A stretch of 63,995 bases of DNA, filler included, from Folioceros fuciformis (taxonomy: Eukaryota), in the NCBI GenBank assembly GCA_049999805.1. It is 5 parts of 4 records of this genome, joined end to end, with 100 filler letters (N's around TTAATTAATTAA, not from the genome) between each part and the next. Parts side by side here need not be neighbours in the genome. Positions count along the whole stretch, not along the records: positions 1 to 18,234 come from JBNGIO010004643.1; positions 18,335 to 49,499 come from JBNGIO010004643.1; 3 more parts are not named here. One strand, given 5' to 3'. A program made the translations under genes and the position numbers. Below, one piece after another: positions 13,617 through 25,921 of this stretch. The notes below the pieces were generated by a model. The model was not told where the DNA came from and did not search any database. It saw only the letters and a list, made by a program, of their open reading frames with translations. Each line of letters opens with the position of its first letter. The stretch's first letter is position 1.

Positions 13617-16409
13617 ATGCAGACTTTGGTGGGCGATCTTGGGAGCCTGCATCCTGGTTGGGAATGGAGCCTGAGTGGGAATCCGGCTGCAGGGGAGGAG
13701 AAGGGATTGGATGAAGCTCGTAGCTTGGGGCTGAGCAGACCTGCAGTTGCTACCAAACTCCGGTGGGCAGTGTGCGATGGTGAGGAGGCTCTGGAGTTGA
13801 GGAGGATGTGCGAGCAGGGACGGGTGGAGAAGGCACTGGATGCTCTGTCCCGGATGGAGCTGCAGGGGCGTGTGCCCGGGATGCAGACTTATGGGTTTCT
13901 GTTGCAGGCATGCAGTAGGAAGAAAAGTCTGGCAGAGGGGAGGCGGCTGCATGCCCACGTTGATCGAAGCGGTGTGGAGCTGGACAGCTTTCTTGGCGAA
14001 TTGGTTGTGAGCATGCTTGTGGAGTGCGGAGCTCTCCAACAGGCTGTCGGCGTGTTCAGAAGCCTGTGTAGACGAAGTGAGGTGTCGTGGACCGCTGTGA
14101 TTTCGGGGTACAGTAAGGGTGGACGCGGGCTTGAGGCGCTTGGACTGTATCAGGAGATGCGAGAGGAACGTGTGGAGCCCAGCAAGTACACCTTGCTTAG
14201 CTTGCTCAAGGCCTGTGGCGGGTTAGCAGATCTTGGGCAAGGGAAGCGAATTCACGCCGAGGTTGTGAAATTCGGTTGTGGGGACAGCCTGTTTGTGGGC
14301 ACGGCTCTGGTCGATATGTATGCAAGATGTAGGAGCATGGTGGATGCGCGGCAAGTGTTTGACAATTTGGTGCAGCGTGATGTGGTGTTGTGGAATGTGA
14401 TGATTGCTGGGTATGTCCAGCAAGAAGATGGTGAAAGGGCTTTGAAACTCTTCGAGCAGATGCAAGTTGAAGGTGTGCAGCCAGACGAGAGGACTATTGT
14501 CAGTGTCCTCAAAGCATGCGGATGTCTGGCAGCCTTGGAAGGACAGACATTGTGCGATGGACGACTGGTCAAGGCTTGCTCCCTTCGAAGGGTGAGGTGT
14601 ATACATTCTGGCAGGCTTGGAAGCAGCTACAAACGGAATGCCTTTTTGGCAAGTACTCTCATTCATGTGTATGCAGCATGTGGAAGCATGGAGGAGGCAC
14701 AGAATGTTTTTGAATCCTTGTCCCACAGGGAAGTGGTGGCTTGGACAGCACTGATTTCAGGTTTTGTGCAACACCAACAGGGGGAGAAGGCATTGCAACT
14801 TTATGCCCTAATGGAAAAGGAAGGAGTGATGCCAAACGAGCGCACCTTTGTCAGTCTTCTCAGTGCGTGTGCAAACCTGGCAGGCTCTGACAGTGGCCTA
14901 CTCATGGATGGGCATTGTGTCAAGGCCGAGACTCTGCAGAAGGGGAAGCTCTTGCACTGGGAAGCTGTTGAAAGGAGTTTCGAACAGGATACTTTCGTTG
15001 CCAACACCCTGATTGACATGTATTGCAAGTGCGGGAGCCTTGTTGATGCCCGCAAGGTTTTCGACTCACTTGCTCTACGCACAGTCGTCTCTTGGAATGC
15101 TATGATGGCTGGCTATGCGGAGCAAAATAATGCTGACGAGGTTCTGCAGCTTTATGACCAAATGCAGGCTGGGCCTGGTGTGAAACCGAATGACAGGACC
15201 TTCGTCAGTGTGCTGAAGGCCTGTGACGCCTTGGCAGCTGAGGAGACAGGGATAACTCTGAACGGGCAAATCGTCAAGGTGCTTGCCCTCCAGAAGGTGA
15301 GGGCCGTGCATGTGGATGTGATCCGAAACCGATTCGCGTCCAATAGTTTTGTGGCTAATACTCTCATTCAGGTGTACTCCATGTGTGGGAGAATTGAGGA
15401 TGCACGTCTTGTGTTTGACAGTTTGTCCGAGCCCGAGGTGGTGTCGTGGAGCGCAATGATCACGGCTTATGCTCATCAAGAAGAGGGTGGCATGGCTATG
15501 GAGCTGTACCACAGAATGCAGGACTCCGGCATACCACCTAATGAACCTACGTTTCTCTCAGTTTTGAAGGCGTGCAGCAACTCCGGAGCCCTGGATATGT
15601 GCAAGGAGATCCATAACCACATCACGATGCACGGGTTTGATTGGAGTATCAGGGTGGCCAACACTCTTCTGCATGCATATGGAAAGTGCGGGAGCATGGT
15701 AGATGCAAGGCGTTTGTTCGACTCTTTGCCCGAGCCTGATGTGGTGTCATGGAGCACGCTAGTTGCCGGATATGCGCGACAAGGAAACTGTGACATGACC
15801 TTCCACTGCTTTGAAGAGATGCAACAGGCCGGCGTGCAGCCCAATGCACTGACATTTCTGTCGCTGCTCTCAGCCTGTAGTCATGCCGGCTTAGTGGACA
15901 AAGGCCTGAAGTACTTCGAGTCCATGAGAAAAGACTATGACATCGCTGTAGGAGCGGAGCATTATGTGAGCATAGTCGACCTCCTTGGGCGTGCAGGTTT
16001 CGTCAGAGAGGCATATGACTTGATTTGCAACATGCCAATGCCACCCGACCACAGGGTGTGGCTGGCGTTGCTTGGTTCCTGCCAGAAACATGTGGATGTG
16101 CAAATTGGAAGGCGTGCCTTTGAGAGTGCAGTCCGTCTGGACCCCAGGCACGGTGCAGCTTATGTTCTTATGGCCAACATTTATGCCCATCTTCACATGT
16201 CAGAAGAGGAACAGGAGGTCGAAAGCGTTAGAGTGAGGGCCGGGGCCACGAAGAAGGCAGCCCAATGCTGGATAGAACACGGGAAAATAGTGCACACCTT
16301 TGTTGTGAATACCAGCGCCCATCAACAGAGCTTGCAGGTATACACCAGATTACGACAACTGAATGCACAGCTGCAATGGCAGATCTCTCAACTCACTACC
16401 ACGATCTAA
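13617..16409 (+). CDS. PLS-class pentatricopeptide repeat protein with E1/E2/E+ extension and no DYW domain (candidate organellar RNA-editing factor); intronless; start codon uncertain
   Basis: Repeated P-L-S triplets (…SWTAVISGY…/…TLLSLLKAC…/…FVGTALVDMYARC…), then HYVSIVDLLGRAG, WLALLGSCQKH, AAYVLMANIYA and a PG-box-like KKAAQCWIEHGKIVHTF. The stop comes before any HSE/CxxC/DYW motif. Confidence 0.95.
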   Translation: MQTLVGDLGSLHPGWEWSLSGNPAAGEEKGLDEARSLGLSRPAVATKLRWAVCDGEEALELRRMCEQGRVEKALDALSRMELQGRVPGMQTYGFLLQACSRKKSLAEGRRLHAHVDRSGVELDSFLGELVVSMLVECGALQQAVGVFRSLCRRSEVSWTAVISGYSKGGRGLEALGLYQEMREERVEPSKYTLLSLLKACGGLADLGQGKRIHAEVVKFGCGDSLFVGTALVDMYARCRSMVDARQVFDNLVQRDVVLWNVMIAGYVQQEDGERALKLFEQMQVEGVQPDERTIVSVLKACGCLAALEGQTLCDGRLVKACSLRRVRCIHSGRLGSSYKRNAFLASTLIHVYAACGSMEEAQNVFESLSHREVVAWTALISGFVQHQQGEKALQLYALMEKEGVMPNERTFVSLLSACANLAGSDSGLLMDGHCVKAETLQKGKLLHWEAVERSFEQDTFVANTLIDMYCKCGSLVDARKVFDSLALRTVVSWNAMMAGYAEQNNADEVLQLYDQMQAGPGVKPNDRTFVSVLKACDALAAEETGITLNGQIVKVLALQKVRAVHVDVIRNRFASNSFVANTLIQVYSMCGRIEDARLVFDSLSEPEVVSWSAMITAYAHQEEGGMAMELYHRMQDSGIPPNEPTFLSVLKACSNSGALDMCKEIHNHITMHGFDWSIRVANTLLHAYGKCGSMVDARRLFDSLPEPDVVSWSTLVAGYARQGNCDMTFHCFEEMQQAGVQPNALTFLSLLSACSHAGLVDKGLKYFESMRKDYDIAVGAEHYVSIVDLLGRAGFVREAYDLICNMPMPPDHRVWLALLGSCQKHVDVQIGRRAFESAVRLDPRHGAAYVLMANIYAHLHMSEEEQEVESVRVRAGATKKAAQCWIEHGKIVHTFVVNTSAHQQSLQVYTRLRQLNAQLQWQISQLTTTI

Positions 16410-17236
16410 CGAGAATTTCATCGTCTCAACAGCACAAATAAATGGAATGATGTGTAAACGGATCCAAAATTAATAATTCAAGTATATGACATAAGTTCGG
16501 ATGAACTAAACCTCGGCTAAGCCTCGGTAGCCTCCGAAGTTCGACTGAGCCAATCGCCTCGTATCTCTGAAAAAGCTGTCATTTCGCTTCTGACGAGTAA
16601 GGGGGAGAACCCAGGCAGCTGCACATGTGCTACCAAGATGTAAGTTCCTCATTCGGTTGGTTCTGACAGTTTTCAGACATGATTTACTCTCTTTTGTCAA
16701 AATTCATCAACTCAAACAGCTCCAGAACATGAATGCTGTACTTCTGAAAGGGGAAAGAAACCACCACTTTCACCGACGAAACACAGCCAATGTCCTCCAG
16801 TTTTGAGTTTCCGATGCTTCCCAATAGCTCACTAAATTCTATGATGGGCAGACCAGAATGCAAGTTCAGTCTCCCCTGGATGAATAGCAATGTACAAAAG
16901 TGCAAGGGATCACTTTGACCAAAGCCTATCCCCAGAGAAGCTGGGCGCCAAACACAGGTCACATACATAGCTGAAAGCAAAACCAACAGCTAACCTCATT
17001 GTAAAGTTGCAAGAATGAAAAACAGTACCAGTAAGCATTACCAGGGAGCACTAAAACGATTGAGACAGCCGCACACCCCGAAACCTGTTGACAGAACCAA
17101 GAGAACCATATACAGGCCACCAGTTGAAATAATGTCCCCACCATTTTCTCCAATAGCTCAATTACTGCAAGCTAATTGCTCAGAAACTGGTCAAACTGTC
17201 CGTGCGTTAAATCAGCCCCCTTTCACACGGTTGCTC

Positions 17237-18234
17237 TCACGATACAGCCCGTTTAGCTTTTAAGGATTCCAGAGCCTTATTTCTCAGGTCAGCTTCTAGA
17301 CGCAACCTCTTTTGCTCTGAATCCTCCTCATCACGTTCACCCGTTTCACCCACTTCCGGGCAACTGTTCTTATCTCTTACAAATGGACGCCCACTTGCTG
17401 AAACATCCTCACTTCTAGAACCCCCCGCTTTAGCTGCAGCCCTTGCAGCCCGTTTTTCTTCTTTCCTCTTGTGCTTCTCTTCCCGCTTCTTCCTCTTTTC
17501 CTCTTTGCGTAAGCGTTTTTCCTCCTTCTTTCTACGCTTTGCATCTCTCCTGTCCACGCTAGAACCAGGTGAGGCACTACCATCTTCACCCTCATTTGCA
17601 CTGTCACGGAGCCCAGCGCTCTTTGGCAGATTCGTCTCTGGAGATGCCAACTTGTTGATGTGCACGTCATCACTGTCAGATTCCACCACTGGATCAGCAG
17701 CCTCGGATCTTCTCTTTCCCTTCCCCTTTCCTTCTTCACCAGCAGGAAGACTGGACGATTTGACTGGAAGATCCTCAACTGAGCTTTTACCCTGCATCCG
17801 ACCACTCTGATCCTGATCAATCCGCCCCAGAGGAGCCTGAGGGAGAAGGCTCCTCTCCTGATCAGAGCGACCCCGTTCCAAATCTCGTCTCTCAAGCCCT
17901 TGGCCACGAGAGTCTCGGCTTTCAGGGCGACCAGACCTGCGCAACCCAAGGTTTAACAGCACGGAAGGTCAGCCAGAAACAACCCAGCCCTCTCAGCAAT
18001 TCCTGCACCTATGCATTCGACCTCCACAACAAAAAGGTAAGGCTCCTTCCCCCACCTCTCCTCAGCCGTCCGCTCACGCCTAACATTGAGACCATTGGGC
18101 CGGACCATCTGTTCCCTGCTCAGGCTCCTCCCTTTCCCACGGGCGACAGGAGGGCTGCAGCTCGGACTCCTCCGTCTAATACGAGGAGGTAAGCCAGGAG
18201 GGCTACCACTTGCACTCCGTCCAGCACGGGGAGG
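17237..18234 (-). CDS. 3' part of an SR/arginine-serine repetitive matrix protein (SRRM1/SRm160-like); 5' exons lost in the gap
   Basis: Ser/Pro/Arg-rich exon at ~18056-18234. The last exon has EEKRLRKEEKRKKREEKHKRKEEK and C-terminal EADLRNKALESLKAK, resembling plant SRRM1-like tails. Confidence 0.7.
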
Positions 18235-18334
18235 NNNNNNNNNNNNNNNNNNNNNNNNNNNNNNNNNNNNNNNNNNNNTTAATTAATTAANNNNNNNNNN
18301 NNNNNNNNNNNNNNNNNNNNNNNNNNNNNNNNNN
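18235..18334. other. Assembly gap with artificial six-frame-stop linker TTAATTAATTAA (also at 49500-49599, 56701-56800, 62247-62346); a plain N100 gap lies at 5381-5480
   Basis: The identical N44-TTAATTAATTAA-N44 structure occurs four times. Confidence 0.95.
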
Positions 18335-20513
18335 GAGGGAAGGGTAAGGCGGGGGCCGGGTCGGAGGACTATGGTATTCCGCTCGGAATCGACAAGCTTT
18401 TCCAGCGTCTCATCAAAGCTACGCCTACGAATGTCCTGGGGACTACCGGCGGCACTCAGGACGGGAAGACCACCAGTGGTACCACCGGTACCTCTGGAGG
18501 CGGCGGCGCCGGCCTGGTCCTACGCAAGGACGGGCTGCCGTCCATTGACGCCTTCAGCTTCGGGCGCGGCCGCCGGGTAGACCCCCGCACCGTCTTCGTC
18601 GCCGGCGGGCTCGGCCAGATTGGGGCAAGGATCTCGCAGAAGCTGCTGCAGGCCGGCTTCTTCGTGCGGGCAGGCGTGCCCGACCTTTCGCAGGCGCAGC
18701 AGATAGCCGAATTCGCTACTCAGTATGGGGTAAATGTTTCTCGTCCTCAGCACTGGAGCTGCCGCTGCGGGTTTTGTACGATGCCTTCACGCCCGTTCTG
18801 CTTGTGACATTTTCACGTACAGATCCTGTCGTCCGAGGAGGTGAAGCGGCTGAATGCGGTGGAGTTCGATTTCAAAAACGTGGATTCGATAGGCAAAGCG
18901 CTTGGGAACGCGGGCAAGGCTGTCGTGACAGTTGGCCCGGCGGAGGACGGTGCCTCTGCCAAGGTCTCCACGGAGGATGCTCTCCGCGTGCTCGATGCTG
19001 CGTGTGTGGCCGGTGTCGGACATTTCATCCTTGTTGCGGAGCCCGGGGACGGGAAGGCCAAGGCCAAGGAGTCTGGTTTTGGTTTCCTGTTTAACCTCTT
19101 CAACCTTCTTTCCCCTAAGAAGGAGAAGCTCTCCGTGGATGACCTCATTGCAAAGATCTCGGAGTCGGATTTGAAGTATACTGTCCTCAAGACTGCCCCC
19201 ACTTCTGGAGTGGACGACTTTGGTGGTGATCTTGGTAATGTCGCCCTCCTTCCCGAGGGTGCTGGTGTTCCATTCTCCTCACAGGTGTGCTTTCTTCTGC
19301 TCTCTCTAAGCTGCGGAATGAATGTGTGACCGTGTGCGTGCTTCCTGTTGTTGTAAGGCTGCGGGTTCTTGCATCCGAAGCACGTAACGTGAGAACGGGT
19401 GAATCCTGTGCCTCGTGGTTTGCAAGTTTTTTTCCTTCTTGCATTGTATGGTTGGGGGGTTAGAACGAATCAACCCGCGGGTCTTTTGGTTTGTGAGATT
19501 TGTGCCTTCTTGCTGCATTCAATTGACGGAAGGTGAAGACGAATGGGCATCTGAATCATGTGGTCGCAAGGTTCTAGTTTCTTGCGTTCTGTAACTGGAC
19601 GTGAGAACGAATTATTGTTGTGTCATGTGGTTGTGAGGTTATGGTTTATTGCTTTTGCATGTGTTGCAGGTGGGAAGGCTTCAGGTCGCGTCTGTGGTAG
19701 AGGCTGCCTTCTCCAACTCAGTAGTGTCTGAAAATAAGGTGATCTGCGGACTCGTATCAAGGATTTCTTGAATTTGCCACATGCATGCGGGCTACTGCTT
19801 CTGGTTCACATGAAAGCCCTGACATTGAGAACTCGTGGACGTGGTTCAGGTTGTGGAAGTGCTATCCAGCCCAGCGTACGCCGCCAGGCCCATCGAGGAC
19901 CTCTTCAGGTTGGCTCTCGCATATACGTACGATGCTGTTGGCAGGAAATTGGTTGAAAGAGTTTGAGCTTGCGGTTAACTGACATTACTGCATGTCCGAA
20001 GCCAGTGTTCTGCAAGAGGACACAAGAAGGCCACTGAGGGCAGCAGCCCAGGCGAAGGCTGAGGCGGAGGAGCGGGAGAGGCTTGCGCGGCTGCAGGCTG
20101 AGGAGCAAGCTCGAATCGCAGCGCAGAACGCAAAGGAAGCCGCTGAAGCAGCGGCTCAGCTGGAAGCCGAGGCAAAGAAGCTCGCAATGGAAGAGGCCAA
20201 GGCGTCTGCTGCAGCTGCCAAGGCCCAAGCGATAGCGGCCGCAGCTGCTGCTTCTCTTGAGGCTGTGTCCAGTAAAGCCAAGGTGCTGGGAAGCACTGGC
20301 GTCGACATCGCGAAGGACGGCCTGCCTTCGCTCTTCGGTCCCAAGGACGGGGTAGCGGGCAACACGAAGAAATCGGTGCCGTCTGCTGCGACGAGGAAAG
20401 CAGCGGTGCCACCGCCACCCCCATCTCCGTCTTCTCCTCCTGCCCAACCTAACGGGGTTAAGCAGATGTTTGGTAACCTATTTCAGAAGGAGACCTTGTA
20501 TGTGGATGATTAG
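18335..20513 (+). CDS. PTAC16: Plastid transcriptionally active 16 (PTAC16)-like NAD(P)-binding Rossmann-fold protein; 5' end lost in the gap
   Basis: DPRTVFVAGGLGQIGARISQKLLQAGFFVRAGVPDL, KRLNAVE, an Ala/Glu-rich coiled region and C-terminal GNLFQKETLYVDD*, typical of PTAC16. Confidence 0.85.
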
Positions 20514-20812
20514 CTTGAGCATTCAACTTGTGCAAATGATTTTTCTTCCTTCACTCTCTCGTGCTCTCCTCTTCGCCCAGCTTCTCTTACGCCCAAACCT
20601 AATATACATGTCGGAATTCCTTCGTGTCGTTCGTGAAGTCTACCCGCCGCAAAAGACGTCTCACATCAGTTTCTTGTGGACTAGTAGCGGCAAAGGAGGT
20701 CCGTGAGGGTGAAGATGAATAGGGGCTCGGCGGAGTGAAGATGATTGTTCTGGGAAACCCTAGCTCAGTGGTGAATTTTGGAAGAAGAGGGCAGAAGTAG
20801 CTGGGATCGGTC

Positions 20813-22175
20813 ATGCCGAGGTTCAAGGCGGCGTTCAATGGCTATGCCGTTAAGTTCAGTCCGTTCGTGGAGTCGAGGCTGGCTGTGGCCACGGCTCAAA
20901 ACTTCGGAATCATTGGCAACGGGCGGCAGTATGTGTTGGAAGTGACGCCGCAAGGGATTGTAGAGACGGTTGCCTACGACACTGCCGACGGGCTGTATGA
21001 TTGCACATGGTCAGAGGACAACGAGAATTTGCTGGTGTCGGCCAGCGGAGATGGCAGCGTCAAGGTGTGGGACATTGCTCTGCCTCCGGAGGCCAATCCG
21101 ATCCGCTCTTTTGAAGAGCACACTCATGAGGTGAGCTCTGTGGATTGGAACTGCATGCGGCGGGACTGTTTCATCAGCGGCTCCTGGGATGATACCATTC
21201 GGCTGTGGAGTTTGGACTTGCCCCGATCTCTGCACACCTTTTCTGGTCACACTTACTGCATTTACACCGCCGTGTGGAGCCCGAGGCACGCCGATCTGTT
21301 TGCTTCTGCTTCCGGGGACTGCACGCTGAGGCTGTGGGACGTGAGGGAGCCTCGTGCCACTTTGGTCATCCCTGGTCACGATTTCGAAATTCTGAGTTGT
21401 GACTGGAACAAGTACAACGATAACTTGATTGTCTCAGGATCCGTGGACAAGTCCATCAAGGTTAGCTCTTTCCCTTTCAGACGAACTGTTTTTCTGATTT
21501 TGGCCACATCAGGCTGCACTAAGGTGACGGGGTAGCAACCGCTGCCCTGGCTCTGAGGATGGCTAGCAGGTGGAAAGCGAAAGCTCAAAGCTCGAGATTT
21601 CGTTTCACAAGAGTGTCATGTGTGAATGTTTGTCAGTCAGCTTTTTCGGTTTTCCTTTTGTGTCAGTATGCTGCCTGGCAACCTTTCATCTTCAGCTCTC
21701 TAATATAACTCTGCAACCATAGTGCTGCAGGAGGGTTACCAGATTTTAGGGTGTTTCCTCCCTCGTCTGCAGTTAAATTGACACACTTAGCTCTAGGGCG
21801 GTTTATTTCATCTAATTGCTGTAGCAGTCGTCGTCTGTGTCAAGGCGCTAATCCAACAAGTTTCAACTACAGGTTTGGGATATAAGGAGTCCAGGTATGG
21901 AGCTAACTTCCCTGCTCGGCCACACTTATGCTGTGAGGAGGGTGAAGTGCTCACCCCACCATGAGAACATCATAGCCTCCTGCTCCTACGACATGACGAT
22001 GTGCGTCTGGGATTACCGTGCTCCGGAGGATGCTTTACTGGCGAGGTACGATCACCACACAGAATTCGCTGTGGGCATGGATATGAGTACTCTCGTGGAG
22101 GGACTCTTGGCTAGCACAGGTTGGGACGAAATGGTGTATGTGTGGCCGCATGGCCAGGATCCTCGTTCAAGCTGA
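20813..22175 (+). CDS. PEX7: Peroxin 7, PTS2 receptor (WD40); exons 20813-21460 and ~21873-22175
   Basis: MPRFKAAFNGYAVKFSPFVESRLAVATAQNFGIIGNGR, DGLYDCTWSE, SASGDGSVKVWD, GHTYAVRRVKCSPH and HHTEFAVG. Confidence 0.96.
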
Positions 22176-23562
22176 TGCCGTCACCCGCTGTATGTTACAG
22201 AGTAGGTTGCCGTCCGTGTTTTCGCTCTACATCGTATCTCCCATTTGTACAGTCTTATGAAGGTTGGCGTCTCATGTTCTCCACCTCTCCTTCCGTCCCC
22301 CCACCGTCAACATTGCGGGTAGTGTCGATTGGGCGTCTTTGGAGAACGCTGAAAAAGTCCCCTAGCTGTAGCGATAGGGCAGGCTCCGCCGGACAGAGCT
22401 CCACGTTCTCCCGGAGGACAGTTGTTGGTGCTACACGTGGGAACAGGCAAGCCTTCCGATGACTGGCTGATCTAACGGCGCTTGGCGCAGGCGTGTCATC
22501 TGACCGCCCTCCTTATTCGCGCTCTTGCATTATTGGTGGGGTCGGGCCCCACTTGTTCAGGCTCGCGTCACGCTCTAGGGCTGTTGTTCTGTACGCGTTA
22601 TTAGTACTAGCATATACTTTCTTTCACGGAGGTACGCACAGGGACGAGGAAGGTCGGCCCTATCACTGGTACAGATTGGCGAGCCAAACCGGCGTGGCAC
22701 GGTAGCCTACGGTATGCTGCAGGTTATACTCCGTTTCATAAAATGTTTAGAAAACTCGGTGAATAATCAGAGACCGTCTCTCTAATCGCTGCCAGCAGCT
22801 CGAGTCTGGGCTGCCTTCCTCGCAGGGGAGATGACTCTCTGATTATGGGCGGCTTCGCGGACCCAGCCAAGCCTGACTCAGTTCGTCTCCGTGTTGGCAA
22901 CCATTATTTGGGCTCCATGCTCACTAGTCTTTCCTACTTCTTCCGTCTCTGGAGCAGCCTTCATTTTCCCTTCCCAGTACTAGTTCCATGCCCCCGCCCC
23001 CCCGATCTTCGGTAGTGTTATCTGGTGGGGGGCACTGAGGTTGTGAGCTCTCATTGGGAGCATTTCGCAGCGGTGGAGAGCTGCCGCAGTATTCTGGATT
23101 TGGAGGTGAGGTTTTATGTGGCTTCTGCACAGATCGAAGATTGGGAGGGCCTACTTACCTCTGCCTGTGGAGTGACTGTCCGTCCTATGTGGGGGACAGT
23201 TGTCTTGTTGTCTCTCCTTCCTAGATCGTTTCTTCTGGAAGCCCGGAACTGTCCCTTGGATGTGCTCTTGCTTTTTTGGACTGGCTGCTTGTGATGAACG
23301 CTATTGCAATCAAGGGGGTCAGCTCTGACGTACGGTTTTGTCCGAGTTGTCTACTTCGTGGACGTTTTAAGGGGCACGGCCCGTCCACTGTCCAGGAAGT
23401 GGAGCCACGGGCGCCTTGGGTGCTGGCGGTGTGAGTGGGTAAATGGGCGATTCTCGCGAAATGGCTACGTGCGCTGAAAGGCTGCTTGCCTTGTGCAGTG
23501 ACTGTGCCATCGAGCTTCCGTTTGCGTGACCTCGCATTTTGGTAGCTTCCGACGATCCCACC

Positions 23563-25156
23563 ATGAGGATTGATGTCAAGCAGACGACGACTATTCGTCC
23601 GGAGACTCCCTCAGAGCCTCAGATCCTGTCCTGCTCGGCCTGTGACCTCTTCGCGCGGCCAGTCCACGTGCGGACTGTGTATTTCTTTGGAGAGCAAGCT
23701 CCGGGAGCAAATGACGATGTTGCTCCCAAGTTGAAGGAATCGCTTGCGAAGCTCCTGGTCCCATTTTATCCGGTGGCGGGAAGGGTGAAGCGGAAAGTTC
23801 CCGGGGGACATGAGCTCATCATTGACTGCAACGACGCGGGTAATAATGCGGATGCCGCATGGTGATCGTTTGTGCGTTCAACGGGAAAATGCTGAAGTTT
23901 GGTCGCAGGGTTACGGGTGAGGTTGGTACGTAACGTTTCCTGCCTTCATGCCTGGCTTGTTTCCAGGTGTGGAGTTCATTGACGCGGTCGCTGACGGATC
24001 GTTGGCTGATCTTGGAGATTTCCGCCCTAATCGCATTTTCGATTTGTTGGCTCCCAAGCCTGACGCATCCCTTCCTCTTGAGGACAATGCCATCCTATAC
24101 GTGCAGGCAGGCTCACGAGATTTGCTTTGAGGTTGTACCTTTGATCGTTTGCTATTTTTCTGGGGGATCTGACGCTCCCGTCTTGGTGCCCAGGTCACCA
24201 AGTTCACGTGTGGTGGATTCTGTTTCGGTCTTGCTAATCATCATACCCTATCCGATGGGATTTCTGCTCACAACCTTATAATCTCTTGGTCTGAGGTCGC
24301 AAGAGGACTGGACATCTCGGTCTTCCCCAACTTCAACCATGCCCTGCTTACAGGTGCTGGGACTCCTGTTCCTGAGAAGCAGCCAGAGATGCTTAAACTG
24401 AGGCCCTCAGGTCCCCCGCCTCCTATGCCGACGAGGAAAACAAAGGAAAGATTGTTTACCTTCACTCCGGAGATGATCAAGAAAGTGAAAGCGAGGGCTA
24501 TTGGCGATGGAGCACAAGGATCATTTACGACTTTCGAGAGTCTGTCCGCTCACACTTGGAGAGCGATTGTCCGAGCGAAGAACTTGAGTCCTTCAGAAGG
24601 TAAAACTCCTTGTCTTCCTACGTAGACGCTCTCATTACTTGACAATCTAGGCATGTGGTCTCAAACTCTTGACTTCATTGCAGAGGCAAGGTTCTTCACC
24701 ACATTGGACAGCAGGAAGAGGTTGAAGCCGAATTTGCCAGATGGTTATTATGGTAACGGTATAATGTTTACTTTCAAAGAAGCGACTGCGGGAGACGTCC
24801 TGAGCAAGCCTTTGGCGTTCGTTGCCACCTTGGTTCGTGAAGCTGTGGCGAAAATGACCAGTGAGTGTATCAAGGAGGCCATTGCGTGGGCAGAAGCTCA
24901 ATCCTCCGGGGTGATGGTGGCCATCAATACCATGGGTAACGATGTGTCGTCTGCGGCATGGTTTCGGATGCCCTTCTACGATACGGATTTTGGGTATGGC
25001 AAGCCGTTGTTCGCTGGCCCTGCAGACAACCCCTACAATGGTTGTATTTTGATGCTTCCGGCACCGCAGCCCATGGCAATCAACGTCTTCATTTGTCTGT
25101 GGGAGGACGATATGGAAAGACTGGAAAGTGACGAGGATTTTCTCCTCGTGAACTGA
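23563..25156 (+). CDS. BAHD (HXXXD-type) acyltransferase, HCT/feruloyl-transferase-like; 4 coding exons
   Basis: LKESLAKLLVPFYPVAGR, IDCNDAG-VEF, VQ|VTKFTCGG, catalytic HHTLSDG (HXXXD), FESLSAHTWR, LPDGYYGN and DFGYGKP (DFGWG-like). Confidence 0.93.
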
Positions 25157-25921
25157 ATCCTCTCCAACTCTTTCCGTCTCTGTTCAGAACTGAACCTGAA
25201 ATGGTCAAAAAAGTTCTGAGATAGTTTGAGAAACAGAGGGCGGTAATGCGGAAAGTGTCTGACCCTCAGTTACGGAAGATAGGTGTAAAGGTCTTCCAAC
25301 AAACTTGAAGCAAATTGTTTTACACCACGAGCGACACCGTTGAAAGACAAGCTACGTATTGTAAACCACAATCTACTGTTACATATACCATCAGCATTCT
25401 AATATTATCATTAACGATAAAATTTCAAGGTGGAAAATGTAATTGGCAATAACAAAATACATACCCGTGAGTAACAACATCACCTATGTTATCTTGGTGA
25501 CAGAAATATCATCGCAATCACTGGCATGATACATTTCGATTCGTAACTACAATGTTACTACTCTTCCCAATCATAGGCGTGCTTCACTACCAAAATAGAC
25601 AAGTCACCGTGTACTAACCCCTCATCCTGTACACATACCCAAAACCTCTCGCTTACGATCGGTTCACCAGGCCGGACGATACACACTACTGCATGGTAAG
25701 ACTTCCCTATCCAGTCCGCAGAACAGCTTGACTAGCATAGAGCATGACCGAGCACGGCAAACATACTACACCTTGCGAAGCTTTAGTGAAGAAAAGGGCC
25801 GGATGCAGGTGAGATATCTCAAAAAGTTGCCCAAAGACTCTGTCCCGTGACCTACAGAGGACTTAAATTCTGTCATGGAGGGAAGACCAAATGCCCACCC
25901 ACGTACATCACTCCCAATAAC

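Noticed and set aside
18279-18290. Palindromic TTAATTAATTAA repeated four times, each centred in an N run
   Set aside because: Identical N44-linker-N44 structure indicates an artificial scaffolding spacer, not a biological motif.
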